Positions 43,854 to 55,370 of a stretch of 64,000 bases of DNA are shown here, one piece after another (within the stretch, counting starts at the first letter, position 1; every line of letters begins with the position of its first letter). Location of the stretch: the NCBI GenBank assembly GCA_963765895.1, contig CAVXZB010000088.1, forward strand, positions 64,001 to 128,000. The letters are read 5' to 3'. This DNA is from an uncultured Nitrososphaeraceae archaeon. Lineage in GTDB: Archaea > Thermoproteota > Nitrososphaeria > Nitrososphaerales > Nitrososphaeraceae. The notes under the pieces are model-generated. The model did no database searches, was not told the origin of the DNA, and was given only the letters and a program-made list of their open reading frames with translations. Made by a program: the position numbers and the translations under genes.

Positions 43854-45443
43854 TCATAATTTTGAAATTGCGTTCATATCAAAATCAAGAATCTTTGTAC
43901 ACAATGCCTTAATATTTGGATCCTTAAGTATCTGCTTAATAAACTCATCCGCCACTACTATAACTTCTTTAAAACTGTTATTGGATAAGAATTTTTCTAA
44001 TGATATCTTAAAAGTCGGGTAGTCCTCAACTCGCGATGTTAAGACATGGTTCTTGAGAGATAAGTTGTGAGCGGCTGGAAATATATCAGAAATTTCGGCT
44101 GGGATGACTCCGAGGAACCGATTGTATGTACAGATCTGAGCATCTGGCAATTTTTTACTTATTTGAAGATATTGCAATGTGGTGTAAAAAGGATGAATAT
44201 CTGATTCAGGATATAATACTAATTTTTGTTTAGTATCGAATGGTTTGAAATCAGACACCATTCCTCTAAACCGCTCAGCTTCTGGTCTATATTGATCAAA
44301 AGGTTCAAAAAGAAAAATAGCCTTCTTCTTAAATTTTGGGGTCCCATCTTTTATAATTTGTAAATCTTTGAATATATATAGTGCCTCCATTAGTTTAGGA
44401 TGAGCTCTCGCTTTTTCTAGGACATATTCCCACAATCTACCATCAATAATTGCCTGTTTTACTGCTGAGACCTCGGCCCCGATAACATGTAAATTATGCT
44501 TTCCAAGTTCCACTATCCTTTGCTCCTTATCGACCTGCAATAGTTCCTTTGTTTTAAACCTACTACAGACCGAGCACGAGCAAGGAAAATAAGAGAGATC
44601 TTGTAACTTGAGTGTTCCATTTGCATGCATATAGCGATCCTCCTTAGCGTATAGAATATACGACGCGGAATCGAAAGTATCACATCCTAATGCAACAACT
44701 AGCGGTATAGTAATAGGGTGCCCAGCACCAAAGAGATGAAATGGTTTAGTAGGAACTGAGCACTTTGCAGACACTATCATTTCTGATAATATTGAAAACT
44801 CGTACCTCTCCATTACCTCTACTGGACTTCCAATCGCCAGAAGCTCAAAGCCCATTTTATCTAATCTTTCAGCAGAATATTTCACTAAATCACTATGTTC
44901 TCCACCTTGAACAGGGCCTACCCAAACTGGGTCTATACTCCGATTAATTTCTTGACTGATTATATCGTTTTTGATTGAACTTCTAGTTCTTGCCAGTTCA
45001 AGGGTTTCTTTAGCATTCTTGAGCGTGTCCTCCACGTAACGCATGGCCTTCGTATGTCCTAACCCAAAACCAGTGGGCTTATCTAAGGGCACAGGAATAT
45101 CACTTTTAATTTCTATTTCAAAAGATGCAATCGTCTCGGGTTCGACATTGATCTGACCATATTCAAGTACTTGGTACCCGCCTGAATCTGTCATCACAAT
45201 ACAATCGCTGTTTATAATCTTGTGAATACCTTTCTTTCTGGCCTCATCCCCATAATGCTTCAACGCAAGATAGGCGTTTGTTATAACCGCATCGAAACCT
45301 AGCTTTCTTAGAGTTCGTGGACTAATACTTTGTCTTATTGGATGTACTACTGGAATAAACGCAGGAGTCTCTAAAATACCGTGAGGTGTAGCGAGTCTTC
45401 CAATTCGTCCCGCTAGGTCAGAGTACCTGACCTCAAATGACAA
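43854..45443 (-). CDS. tgtA: Archaeosine tRNA-guanine(15) transglycosylase
   Basis: GRIGRL.TPHG..ETPAF, DSGGYQ, GPVQGG, HLFGAGHP, DTFDSASY, CSCSVC...H zinc site. Confidence 0.95.
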   Translation of the reverse strand: MSFEVRYSDLAGRIGRLATPHGILETPAFIPVVHPIRQSISPRTLRKLGFDAVITNAYLALKHYGDEARKKGIHKIINSDCIVMTDSGGYQVLEYGQINVEPETIASFEIEIKSDIPVPLDKPTGFGLGHTKAMRYVEDTLKNAKETLELARTRSSIKNDIISQEINRSIDPVWVGPVQGGEHSDLVKYSAERLDKMGFELLAIGSPVEVMERYEFSILSEMIVSAKCSVPTKPFHLFGAGHPITIPLVVALGCDTFDSASYILYAKEDRYMHANGTLKLQDLSYFPCSCSVCSRFKTKELLQVDKEQRIVELGKHNLHVIGAEVSAVKQAIIDGRLWEYVLEKARAHPKLMEALYIFKDLQIIKDGTPKFKKKAIFLFEPFDQYRPEAERFRGMVSDFKPFDTKQKLVLYPESDIHPFYTTLQYLQISKKLPDAQICTYNRFLGVIPAEISDIFPAAHNLSLKNHVLTSRVEDYPTFKISLEKFLSNNSFKEVIVVADEFIKQILKDPNIKALCTKILDFDMNAISKL

Positions 45444-45445
45444 AT

Positions 45446-45859
45446 TTACTTTTTAGTCTCCCTTATAAACTCATCGTATATAGCTTTTACTCTATCGGCA
45501 GCTAAACCTGAGCCCTCTTGGATTCCAGACTCTGTAACTTTGATTTTTTCCATTACTATTATAGCACCTACATCTTCCCTGATTTTTACTAGACCTGGGA
45601 ATACCCTTGACAATCTATCAGATAAAGCCTTATAATCAAAAGGCTTTTCCATCAATTTTATTTCTTTAACATATGCCCCGTTAACTATCATTTTGAGTAT
45701 CCCTTGGCCCTCGACATTATCAAGAACTAGATCAAGTCTTTCATCGATGCCAGTTAATGTTCCATTATAGATCTTCTTATCTGAAGTTTCAACAGACACT
45801 TTTTTACCCAAAAATTGAATTGTTTCCTCTCCAAACTTACGTAAAAATACTGCCGACAT
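45446..45859 (-). CDS. Lsm-family RNA-binding protein (SmAP3-like)
   Basis: Sm fold (GKKVSVET...YNGTLTGID...LVLDN...IVNG) plus C-terminal VFPGLVK...IKVTESG domain. Confidence 0.9.
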   Translation of the reverse strand: MSAVFLRKFGEETIQFLGKKVSVETSDKKIYNGTLTGIDERLDLVLDNVEGQGILKMIVNGAYVKEIKLMEKPFDYKALSDRLSRVFPGLVKIREDVGAIIVMEKIKVTESGIQEGSGLAADRVKAIYDEFIRETKK

Positions 45860-46010
45860 GATGCCATGGTAAGTTCTACCTGTAATATATTTGAATTTCA
45901 TTATGTGACATCTAGTACATAGAATTTGCTAGTACCTCTAGGCGTCAGAATTTGATACAAAGAATATTGTAGAATAGGTTGCCAGAACTAGTGTTTTGCG
46001 ACTTCGTTAT

Positions 46011-46580
46011 TCATAAATGTAAAAACTTGTCTGAGTCTCCATTTTTACAGATTAGAGATATCCAATCTGTTATTCCGATTTTTCGATCGCATTTTTTTAA
46101 AAGTGTAGATATAATTATATCTGCTACTTTGAAAGGTGCTATATTACTTGTATCAATTTCTGCAGTCTTTGCTGTTCCGAAGACTTTCAGAGTATCGAAG
46201 AGACATATATCAAGAATCTCACTAATAACATTATCATTAACCTTCCTAATTGTATACCCTCTGTCCTGTAATGTTCCTGATAAATAATATGGAGATCGTC
46301 GCAATACTGCCGCTAGAGTTACTCCTTTAGGATCTACTACATATGGAGCAAGATGACCAATAATTATACATCTGTCCTGTGATTCTGATTCTTCCTCAAT
46401 CAATGTTGTTAATTTTTTAAGATTAACCTCATCTGTTCTATCGCCATTGATATCCTTTAAGAAAACATTATGTTCAACTGCTATCTTGTTAATATCAATA
46501 ATTCTAGATCCCTTTAACTTTTTAGTGAGAAATGTTGCAGCCGAATGCTTTCCGACTCCAGGTGTTCCTGTGATGACCAC
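46011..46580 (-). CDS. Adenylate kinase, AK6/Fap7-like
   Basis: ITGTPGVGK P-loop, IIGHL, RGY..RKV.DN..SE. Confidence 0.85.
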   Translation of the reverse strand: MVITGTPGVGKHSAATFLTKKLKGSRIIDINKIAVEHNVFLKDINGDRTDEVNLKKLTTLIEEESESQDRCIIIGHLAPYVVDPKGVTLAAVLRRSPYYLSGTLQDRGYTIRKVNDNVISEILDICLFDTLKVFGTAKTAEIDTSNIAPFKVADIIISTLLKKCDRKIGITDWISLICKNGDSDKFLHL

Positions 46581-47237
46581 CTTAATAAGTCGACAGATTT
46601 TTAGTCCCCTTCCAAGCTATAGATATTGTATTGTCACAATTATTTGTTATTTGTAAACTCTTTTTTCCCGTATTGTATGACTCAACCATTTTTGGTAATT
46701 CCTGTAGGAGCCCTATTTTATTATATCTACGAGTGTCATTCTTATTGTCATTTTCTTTTTCAATTAAATATATTGTCATTTTCATCTAATTGGTCTAGGA
46801 TATATTATTTGAAGTTTGAACAAAAGAGCCAATCCAGAATAATACAAATACATCATTGGGGCTGAGTTTTTCTTGGCTGTTTGTAGAGCCTTACTGAGTA
46901 AAAATAAAAATCTAATTATCTACTTCCAATGAAGACATCCTCGAGGACAAATTGCAAGTCCTGTATTTAATATCCGATGTATAATTTTGGAACTTAAGGT
47001 GAGACCAGGACTCATCAGAATAATGTTCAATTCGCGGTGCGGTGCGGGGCAGAGCATAATTAGTGTGCAGCATATTCAGCGAACACTATTAAGTAATCAA
47101 ACCGGACTAAAAGAGTGTAATTCAATTATACAAGTCAATAGACATGCAAAAAAATATTTTCAACGCATAATCTAAAATCAAGATTCTTATACAAAAAAGA
47201 AAGTTGTGATGCTTCTATGCGGTATAGTTATTGTCTT

Positions 47238-47531
47238 TTAGCCTTCTTCCCAACCCTTGTCGAAGACACCATTCTTATGTAGAGGCACTGGCTGTCCTGA
47301 GGTATATTCCATTGGTCTCATCCAAAATATTGCGTGTGTTGGACAAACTCCGATGCATGCACCATCAGATATACATCTTTCTGGGTAAAAGATGAACGCC
47401 TTACCTCTTTTCCACCCTTCAACGGGCTTCACTCTAAGAACGTCTGGACCAAGAGCAGTGCATATCTCTACACAGAGAGCACAACCTATACATCTTTGTT
47501 CATCAACGTCTGGAATTATAGCAATTGGCAC
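47238..47531 (-). CDS. 2x[4Fe-4S] ferredoxin
   Basis: CIGCALCVEIC and CISDGACIGVCP. Confidence 0.93.
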   Translation of the reverse strand: MPIAIIPDVDEQRCIGCALCVEICTALGPDVLRVKPVEGWKRGKAFIFYPERCISDGACIGVCPTHAIFWMRPMEYTSGQPVPLHKNGVFDKGWEEG

Positions 47532-47565
47532 TTTTAACTCACTAAATCTTGCATATGTTCGAAAC

Positions 47566-47573
47566 TATTTAAA
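47566..47573 (-). promoter_or_regulatory. Putative TATA box of the ferredoxin gene
   Basis: TTTAAATA on the minus strand about 35 nt upstream of the GTG start. Confidence 0.45.
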
Positions 47574-47698
47574 CCCTATGCCAATTACAAAACAGCGTTA
47601 TAACAATAATCTTCCAAGATATTTCTTAACTAAATATCTGCGAGATTAATTATCTAAAAAGTAAAGACTCGCAACTAAAAAGAATAGAAAATAGGCAG

Positions 47699-47919
47699 CT
47701 ATTTTTTAGTCATTCTTAGGACATCTACCTGTCCGCTATGCAGCCAATCCTTTAATTCTTCATGACTAGGTTTTGCATCATGTTTCCCCGCTAAATGTAG
47801 ATGTAAAAGAACATAGTTAACTTGATTTAGCAGTGGCTTGTTTCCTTCATCGCCTTTCGGCTTTTATTCCTGAGATCTTGCGGAACGGTAGCCCACCAAT
47901 CGTCGAATTTTCGAACCAT
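47699..47919 (-). CDS. Small hypothetical protein, about 73 aa, hidden by a frameshift (not in ORF track)
   Basis: MVRKFDDWWATVPQDLRNK joined to KGDEGNKPLLNQVNYVLLHLHLAGKHDAKPSHEELKDWLHSGQVDVLRMTKK; GAGGT precedes the ATG. Confidence 0.7.
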
Positions 47920-48074
47920 ACCTCAAATCTATGACGGAAGTTAATAAGCCTTTTGGGGTCTAGATCGTTCCATCGTAGAAATGGGAAAATGATCCACACG
48001 GCTCAAACTCTATCATGTGATGGGCATTCAGTAACACAATAGGGCTAAATGAAGGCGTGTAGGAATGACTACAA

Positions 48075-48968
48075 ATGCCATTTAATCTTGATGAATTATT
48101 AGCGGCTTATTCTGCTTACCAACGTTTTGTTGCCCTTGAACCAAATCCACACCATCTGCGATACATATTTCCACTATTTGAAGGAACTTACTTCGCATAT
48201 AGAAAAATCGATGTACTTCGTGTAACTCATATCGCCAAATCAATATCAACAAAGCCAAGCTATATCGATATTGGCTGTGGATATGGAGATTTCTTGAGAA
48301 AGGTGAGAGAGTATATCCCAAATGCGATTGGAATCGAAAATGACTTTACCCTGTTCCATCTTCTTAAAAAACCGAAACCTGACTATATATATTTAGGTCC
48401 AATAGAAGGGTTCGACAAAAGGGCTATTGATACTGCATTTGTGGGATGGATGGAACCAGGCGTTGACTTTCGTAAATTTGTTGCAAGCGTAGCAAACTGT
48501 GTCATTACAACATTTGATGAGGGCGGTCAGTGCGGAATAAATGGCGGCTGTGAATATGAGGAGTTTGGACTCCAGCGGATAGCCTATTGGAGAACACCAT
48601 CCTGGATAGATGTAAATACAGAATTAATGAATAAATACTATACTCCATCGCTGTTGTCGCAAGATACAAGATCCCACCTGAAATCGCTTCGCTCATCCCA
48701 CAATCTATGGTATGTATATTCTAAGAAGGATTTCACGAATTGCGTTCGAGAAGGTCTATATAATTGGATACGAAACGAAGAGACTGCGACTGAAAGGTTC
48801 GATTTTGAATCAATACTGGACGAGTGTGGATACCATTTCAAGGAGACACTTCAGGCATCGATGTCCAAGGAACCTTTGTGGGAAGTTATTTTTGATGGCG
48901 ACTCACATGACTTGGATGGATCTTTCCACAAATCCCCCCTAATGAAATCGAAGGACACAGATCAGTAA
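48075..48968 (+). CDS. Class I SAM-dependent methyltransferase-like protein
   Basis: YIDIGCGYG motif I followed by AIGIE. Confidence 0.8.
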   Translation: MPFNLDELLAAYSAYQRFVALEPNPHHLRYIFPLFEGTYFAYRKIDVLRVTHIAKSISTKPSYIDIGCGYGDFLRKVREYIPNAIGIENDFTLFHLLKKPKPDYIYLGPIEGFDKRAIDTAFVGWMEPGVDFRKFVASVANCVITTFDEGGQCGINGGCEYEEFGLQRIAYWRTPSWIDVNTELMNKYYTPSLLSQDTRSHLKSLRSSHNLWYVYSKKDFTNCVREGLYNWIRNEETATERFDFESILDECGYHFKETLQASMSKEPLWEVIFDGDSHDLDGSFHKSPLMKSKDTDQ

Positions 48969-49262
48969 CTGTTGAAACCCAGATGTGCTCATAGTATTCT
49001 CATTAATTTGGTCTAAACTGATGAATTAGTTTATGTAAGAAATGGAACGTCAACGAATATAGCTAGAAAGGAGTATAATTGGAAAAAAGATAGTGATACT
49101 AAATCATACTCATCTGCATCTTTTGTTGTTGTTCTAAATATGTCTTCTGTATTAGTCTAGAATCAATATTAATGCATATATGCATAAACTGCATTAACTC
49201 GTACGACCGGTGGTTTCCTACGTTTCCATATTCGAAGACACCTGTAAAACATGTAATTGACT

Positions 49263-50249
49263 GAGCCTATCCCAAAATTCTTCTCCTATAGATAACTATA
49301 CAACAGCCTAACATACTACTACTAACGCAAAATATCTTCCTAACTTCTTCTCATACCCAACTAAAAGTTTTCTGAACCTGTTATGCCAAGAGTTAGTTGT
49401 TTCTACAACCCATCTTCTTTTAGCATGATGATGACGATGATTATTACCACCATTAATCTTTATAACTGATTGTTCTCCTCTATGTCAAATATGTGATAGA
49501 TATCCTTTATTGGTTCGATAGCGACCTTATGGTCGATCTCTTGAAAGTCATATCCTTTACCAAGATAGATAAAGATTCTGTTTTTCTTTATATGTCCTAG
49601 ACGATCTTTTAACTACGGTATTATTATCCAGCGTGTTTATTGCTGCCTTTCATATCATCATGCGTATTAGCCCCAGTTATAATAATAATAATAACAGATA
49701 ATGGAAATACCTTGTCCATCGGTTATTAATACAGGATGACGTTTTGTTCCTAACTAATAACTTACATCTGTCTGTAGGATTAGGTCCAATCAGTCATTTC
49801 TGCCTAGAGATGCCTTTATCGATATACTACTACTATCAAGTGATTGCCTCTCTATTGAATTCCTACTTTAGCCATCATACACTTTTTTTAGCAAGTCTAG
49901 TCCATAATCTCTCAAATATCTTATATTGACCATTGCTGAAATCTTCTATGACATGTCGAACCTGAACCATACTCCTTTGGCAACATCTATCTTCCATTGA
50001 CATTGACACCAGTTCTTAAGACATTCCAAAAACATATACAATGCCATCGAATACCTTCCTAAATGATACTGCTGCTGGACGTCCTATGGAATTATTCGGT
50101 TTTTCTGATGGAAGTATCAACAACCTGGCCTCATTCCATAACGCATCAGAGATTCTTTTGACAATTGGAAGATATTTGACTTTATCATAAGCCGCACTTA
50201 AGAACAAAACCCTCACAAGCCATACTCTATCTATTTTTGGGATGGGTTC
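49263..50249 (-). mobile_element. Decayed IS5-family element of a second group, about 987 bp
   Basis: IRs GAGCCTATCCCAAAA / TTTTGGGATGGGTTC; minus-strand fragments LWNE...LPSEKPNNSIGRP...FRKVFDGI, MLPKEYGSGSTCHRRFQ, GANTHD, KRRWVVE. Confidence 0.9.
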
Positions 50250-50962
50250 TTATGTGTGAAATATTCACTTCGATGGCAAAAATGATCCCTTCACAACTTA
50301 AGTTGACAACCCAACTTTTGAAATTGTACATAAAGTACCTCTCCAATTTCGTCGTCGTTGTAACCTTTAACTATAAATTACTTAAGGAGACAGATTTGCC
50401 TCTTTGGCAAAAAATGGATCAGGATCATCATTGCAAGATCAATATCGCGTAAATAATTGTACATTAAGCACAGTTTGCAGAACTATAACGTAAATTTTTT
50501 GACTAATTTGGCCTAATATGGGTCCACTCGCACACTCTTATTCATCGGGTATATGTTACGGAAGAAATGCATTATTACACCTAATTTCTTTTCTATTTAA
50601 ATAACTACCAAATTTAGATTATACGTGGATCATCGTATTAAAAAAATAAAGGAGGTCTAGACGGTTTTAGCAGCTAGGCTTAAATCACAAACTCATCATT
50701 GCTCTTTATATTTGGTAATAATAGATCCGAATTAATTATATAGTGTAGAATGATCCGAAAATTTATTACAATATTTAGTGTCTCATATCAGACTAAAGTA
50801 GAAAATCAAAGTCAAGTGGATCAAGTTGTTATTCCTTTAGATAGTTATTGCTATAAATATTTTGACTGAAATATTTACTAAGCGAGGCGCTGCGAGTTAG
50901 TTCATAACTGTCATGCATTTAGATATGCATAAAATAGCGAATACACCTGAACAAATTAATAA

Positions 50963-51502
50963 TTAAGATGGGGATCCATCTCTGTCAATGGCCATATGTG
51001 ACCACTGTCCCTTATTGGTAGGATCGGATGCTAGATTCTTAACATTAGTAGTTGTTTTCCCTTCGATTACATTTGGTGTTTCTTCGTATGCAAAGTCCTC
51101 TAGCCGCTTTAGTGTATTGAATACTGAGTCATAGAATCCCTTGTGGAATTGACTTCCTAGTTTACAATATGGATGTCCGCCGACCAGATTGTGATTTGGA
51201 TTATGACAATCACCGTACACAATTTTCTTTTTAAGATCAACAGTGAGCCATGAAAGACACATTAGTCCCAAGATCCAAAAGAAAGGCTCAAAATGAAACT
51301 TTACGTAAATCGTTGGGTTGTATGGATCACATTTATCCTGTTTTTGTTGTCCGACATATTCCTCGACCTTATCTTGTATCTTTGAGAAGATTATATTCAT
51401 AAATTCCTTGTCTAATGTTGGTCTGCTACCAATTAATTCTTGGATTGAATTGTAGAACGATTCGATATCTATATCTTTCTTTAGCCATTTTGTATCACTC
51501 AT
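50963..51502 (-). CDS. Hypothetical protein with Cys/His cluster, possibly V4R-like
   Basis: 179-aa ORF; DCHNPNH...GHPYC...FHKGFYDSVF. Confidence 0.7.
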   Translation of the reverse strand: MSDTKWLKKDIDIESFYNSIQELIGSRPTLDKEFMNIIFSKIQDKVEEYVGQQKQDKCDPYNPTIYVKFHFEPFFWILGLMCLSWLTVDLKKKIVYGDCHNPNHNLVGGHPYCKLGSQFHKGFYDSVFNTLKRLEDFAYEETPNVIEGKTTTNVKNLASDPTNKGQWSHMAIDRDGSPS

Positions 51503-51813
51503 TTACAATATGCTATAAAACAAATCGCATAGATAAACTTACTATTAACTTTTAAATAGGACCCAACATCAACGATGGTTAACAGCAAGGATGAGAATCT
51601 TAAATGACTCCGCTACAAAAATAAACTACCTCCTACGTATAACAGAACAATATAAATCTCGAGAAATGTATAAAAGTCTCTATTGAGCCTCTTGAAATAA
51701 GAAACTGCAATTTCGCACTAAAAGAATAGCAATTTTATGAGTTTATATGCTCAGTATTTATCTCGTGGTTTACCATAATCAGTTAAAAAGTGGAGAATAC
51801 TGGAAGTTACTCA

Positions 51814-52350
51814 ATGATTTCTAAATCTATTATTTATGTGTCTATTACCATTATTGGGATTGCAATGGCAGGTTTAGGTCCTAGTGATAATGGGTAATTA
51901 CTATCATTTTTATGTAGTTGCTGGCGTGAGTATGATTCCTACATAAATGATTTTGTCATTGTTAGCAGTGTCACATCTTTCTCCAAGCTCAAAGTCGGAG
52001 ATATTATTGTATTCAGATCCGTAGGCTCATTAATTCCATACGAACTTCATAAAATAGTTCATAGGATAGCATGCACAGTTACTTCTGGGTCGAAGGGACA
52101 GAAATTATCAGGACTAAAGGAGATGCAAACTTACGATAGATTCCTTTCATTGATTATCCTGTAGAAAACCAATTATATCGGCAAAGTTATCAATGTTGTC
52201 CCTAAACTTGGTGTAATAAGCAAAGTTATTAATCCAATTGCAAACTATTTTATTGTAGCTGGAGCAGTAGTATTGACGATCTTACTTTATACGAGAACTA
52301 GTAAAGGAGGAGAACAGACACCAATAGAGATGCCTCAGAAACCAACTTAG
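51814..52350 (+). pseudogene. Signal peptidase I (S26B/Sec11-type), disrupted
   Basis: Across frames: FYVVAGVSMIPT, LKVGDIIVFR, IVHRI, IRTKGDAN, IDYPV, YIGKVINVVPKLG; several stops and indels. Confidence 0.8.
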
Positions 52351-53313
52351 AAATGTTGGCATATGGCTGTTAGGCTTGGGATAGATCCCTACCCTGGTAC
52401 GCTTGTTCACTAAATGCGCGGTTTAGATTGATCATCATGACTATGGGCTGGCTACAGTGGCAAATACATAAATATTTGCTTTAGGCTTAGTAGAAAGTCC
52501 AAAATTCAACAAATCCCAGCACGATCCTAAAAAAGATACTGTTTTCCTTCGAGATCATTTTAATGAAGTAGCTATAGTTTTTGAGACACTATGGTAACGT
52601 ATCCGTTGTGGGCCATCTTGTTTCTCCTACCCAATTTTGGGATAGTTTCCCATTTTTGGTTACACTCTATATTCTATTCGCATAGCTTTCCAAGGTTTAT
52701 AGATATTATATCAAGATTATTTGCACCATGTAATCTATTAGTATTAGCCTTAACAGATTTAATTCTAGCATAGAATATTTACCATGAGCTAAAACTCGCT
52801 ATCGAACACTTCCTAATGTCTCTGATATGATCTTAACTAGACTCATTGCTTTCAACTGTGTTTCATGATCTGATCTCTGTTTAATTACAGTGATATTTCG
52901 GAGCTCAACATGATTCCTATCAAAGCTGTTATCGCAGTAATTTGAAAAAAATTAATTGTATAGCACATGTCCACAAATTCATGTGAAGGTCGAAGATAAA
53001 TTGAGCATTTTTGCAATGGGTTAATAGGTGTAACCAGATTAGAAATAAATTGTCAGTATTTGATTTTCATGTCACCGATAGTGACGAAATGTGTTAATTG
53101 AAAATGGATTGGCGTTAAATATTTTGAAGCTTTCAGAATCTAATGTCCAATTTCTAATATTCTTCTATGGCTATAATGTCAGACTCAATAAACTTAATGA
53201 TTATTTGTTATATAACCGTAGGCAAAAATGAAAGTTTATAGTCGGCATCTAGTAAGAATTTCAGCCGCGAACTAAGGTATAACGTAAAGCAAGCTGCATA
53301 TCGAATAATTCTG

Positions 53314-53790
53314 TTATTTTTTCTTATGCCCATAATCCCAGGTGGAATAGTAATCAGGTGTTATTTCCAAAATAACGGATTCTCTGTTTTTCACGTTACT
53401 CATTAGTGATGTAGCCATAGGATGTGCCAAACTTCCTAGATATCTGACCATTATCTTTTCAGCTAATGGTATATTATGAGTAACATTATCATGTATTCTT
53501 ACCTTTCCCTTTCCTCTGACTCCCTTATATGGTTGATTCGGATCATCTACGCAGTAATAAACCAGATCTCTAGAATTTACATTTTCTATCTTTTTCGATG
53601 TCCTTGAAGTCTCGATATAGAATTTTTTGTTTTCAGAATCAAAGTAATACCATGTCGGATGGATAATTGGTTCTCCTTTTTCATCAAGACTAGCGATATG
53701 GATATTAAGCTTACTATTGATCAAAAAACTTATAGTTTCATCCTCTGTTAGTGGAGTGCCCATCCCTGGATTGGCATTAATGATTTTCAT
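53314..53790 (-). CDS. Pyridoxamine 5'-phosphate oxidase-like (flavin/F420 split-barrel) protein
   Basis: IASLDEKGEP.IHPTWY, SKKIENV, YKGVRGKG, ILEITP...TWDY. Confidence 0.88.
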   Translation of the reverse strand: MKIINANPGMGTPLTEDETISFLINSKLNIHIASLDEKGEPIIHPTWYYFDSENKKFYIETSRTSKKIENVNSRDLVYYCVDDPNQPYKGVRGKGKVRIHDNVTHNIPLAEKIMVRYLGSLAHPMATSLMSNVKNRESVILEITPDYYSTWDYGHKKK

Positions 53791-54265
53791 GTATTATTTG
53801 CACTAAGAGAACATCATATATTTGTGATTGTACTCCTTTCAAATCACTTAATTTGAAGTAAGATCATAGAGTGTATCAGTATATTACGATTCATCAAAAA
53901 GAATCTTGCAATATTCTTCATGATTTTAGAAATGCTTACTGAGAATAGTTTAATATATAATTCAGACAATTAACAGCGGCTACGAAGAATTGTCATAAAC
54001 TGAGAAACCTTGTCAAAGGAACGCCGATTGACCTATAAATATGCTTCTAAAAATCACGAACCCAATACTTAAGAAAGTTGAGTTTCAAATGTGAGTGAAA
54101 TTCGAAATTAGATTAGGAGATCAATACAAGGTAGAAATGTTATCCCTATACCAGAAATTATTTATGAGATCTGGAAGTGAGACAATTCTTATTCTGCCAT
54201 TAAACTCTATTCAGCAAATTTGAAAACAAACAAATACTTAGTAAATCATAGGCACTTAATTAGAA

Positions 54266-55326
54266 GTGTCACGGAATACAACAATTACAACAAAAATAAG
54301 AGATTATTATTCATCCATGAATTCCATAGTTGTTATGCCAGATTTCTTTTTAGATAGAATCATCAGATTAACGTCAAAAGAGGAATTTTCTAATGTTTTG
54401 GCTGAAAAGGCAAGGTTTGGCGGTGGCAGTATTCGCGATATTCCTACGAAGGATGTCAAGGGTGGAAATGCTGTAAATATTGCATATAGCCTTGCAAGGT
54501 TGGGAGCTAATGTTGCATTATTTACAATAGGAGACGAAATCGCGTCAGCTATTCTTCACCAAACTTTTTTGGAGTTTAGGAACAATGTTGATCTTTTTAT
54601 CGTACCCTGGAAATCATGGTCGGACAACATCCTTAGAATTTCTAAGCCATGAAGATATCAAATTTAATTTAATGGTAAGTGACGTTGGTGACAATGCAAA
54701 TTTTGGACCTGAGAAGGTTAATTCTGAGGAACACCTTAAGATATTAGGTAATGCAGACGCAACGGTAGTGACGAATTGGGGTAGCAATTTGAAAGGGACA
54801 GAATTAGCAGAGTATGTATTTGAAAATTCCTCTAAAGCTCTTCATTTTATAGATCCAGCAGATGTTGAGTCTAGAAGGTTAGATTTTCAAAAATGCTTAG
54901 AATTAATTTCAGAAATTACCGACGTCTTAAGTATAAATGAAAATGAGTGCAATTCTCTCGGAAAAGCTATTGGTCTAGGGACTCTGATACCAGAACATTA
55001 CGAGCCGGAGATAGTCAAGGGTGGCAGCAAAGACAATTGCAGATAATGTCAAGATTAGTACAGATCTGCATACACGAAAGGGATCAGCATGGTCTAACGG
55101 TAGAGAAGCTGAATTTGTTCACTCCATTCGAGTTGAAGCGAAAACCTTGACTGGTGCTGGTGATGTATGGGATGCTGCGGACATAATTGGATACATGTCA
55201 GGTTTGGATGCAAAGGAAAGACTGGTATTCTCTAATGCGAGTGTTTCGCTATATGTTAGAAATTCTTCTGCACTACCACCAAGATTGGATGACGTATTTG
55301 ATATGATAGATAGAATTGGGGCATAG
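54266..55326 (+). CDS. PfkB-family carbohydrate kinase (two frameshifts)
   Basis: GGNAVNIAYSLARLG, FIDPAD, INENE and TGAGDVWDA spread over three ORFs. Confidence 0.85.
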
Positions 55327-55370
55327 CAATAATGCTGAGAATGAATACATAGAAAAAGAAGAAAACCAAT

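Noticed and set aside
47707-48071. Long-range complementarity (TAGTCATTCTTA ... TAGGAATGACTA) suggesting a structured RNA such as RNase P RNA or a riboswitch
   Set aside because: RNase P and cobalamin-riboswitch consensus blocks are absent, and most of the span is explained by a frameshifted protein-coding gene on the minus strand
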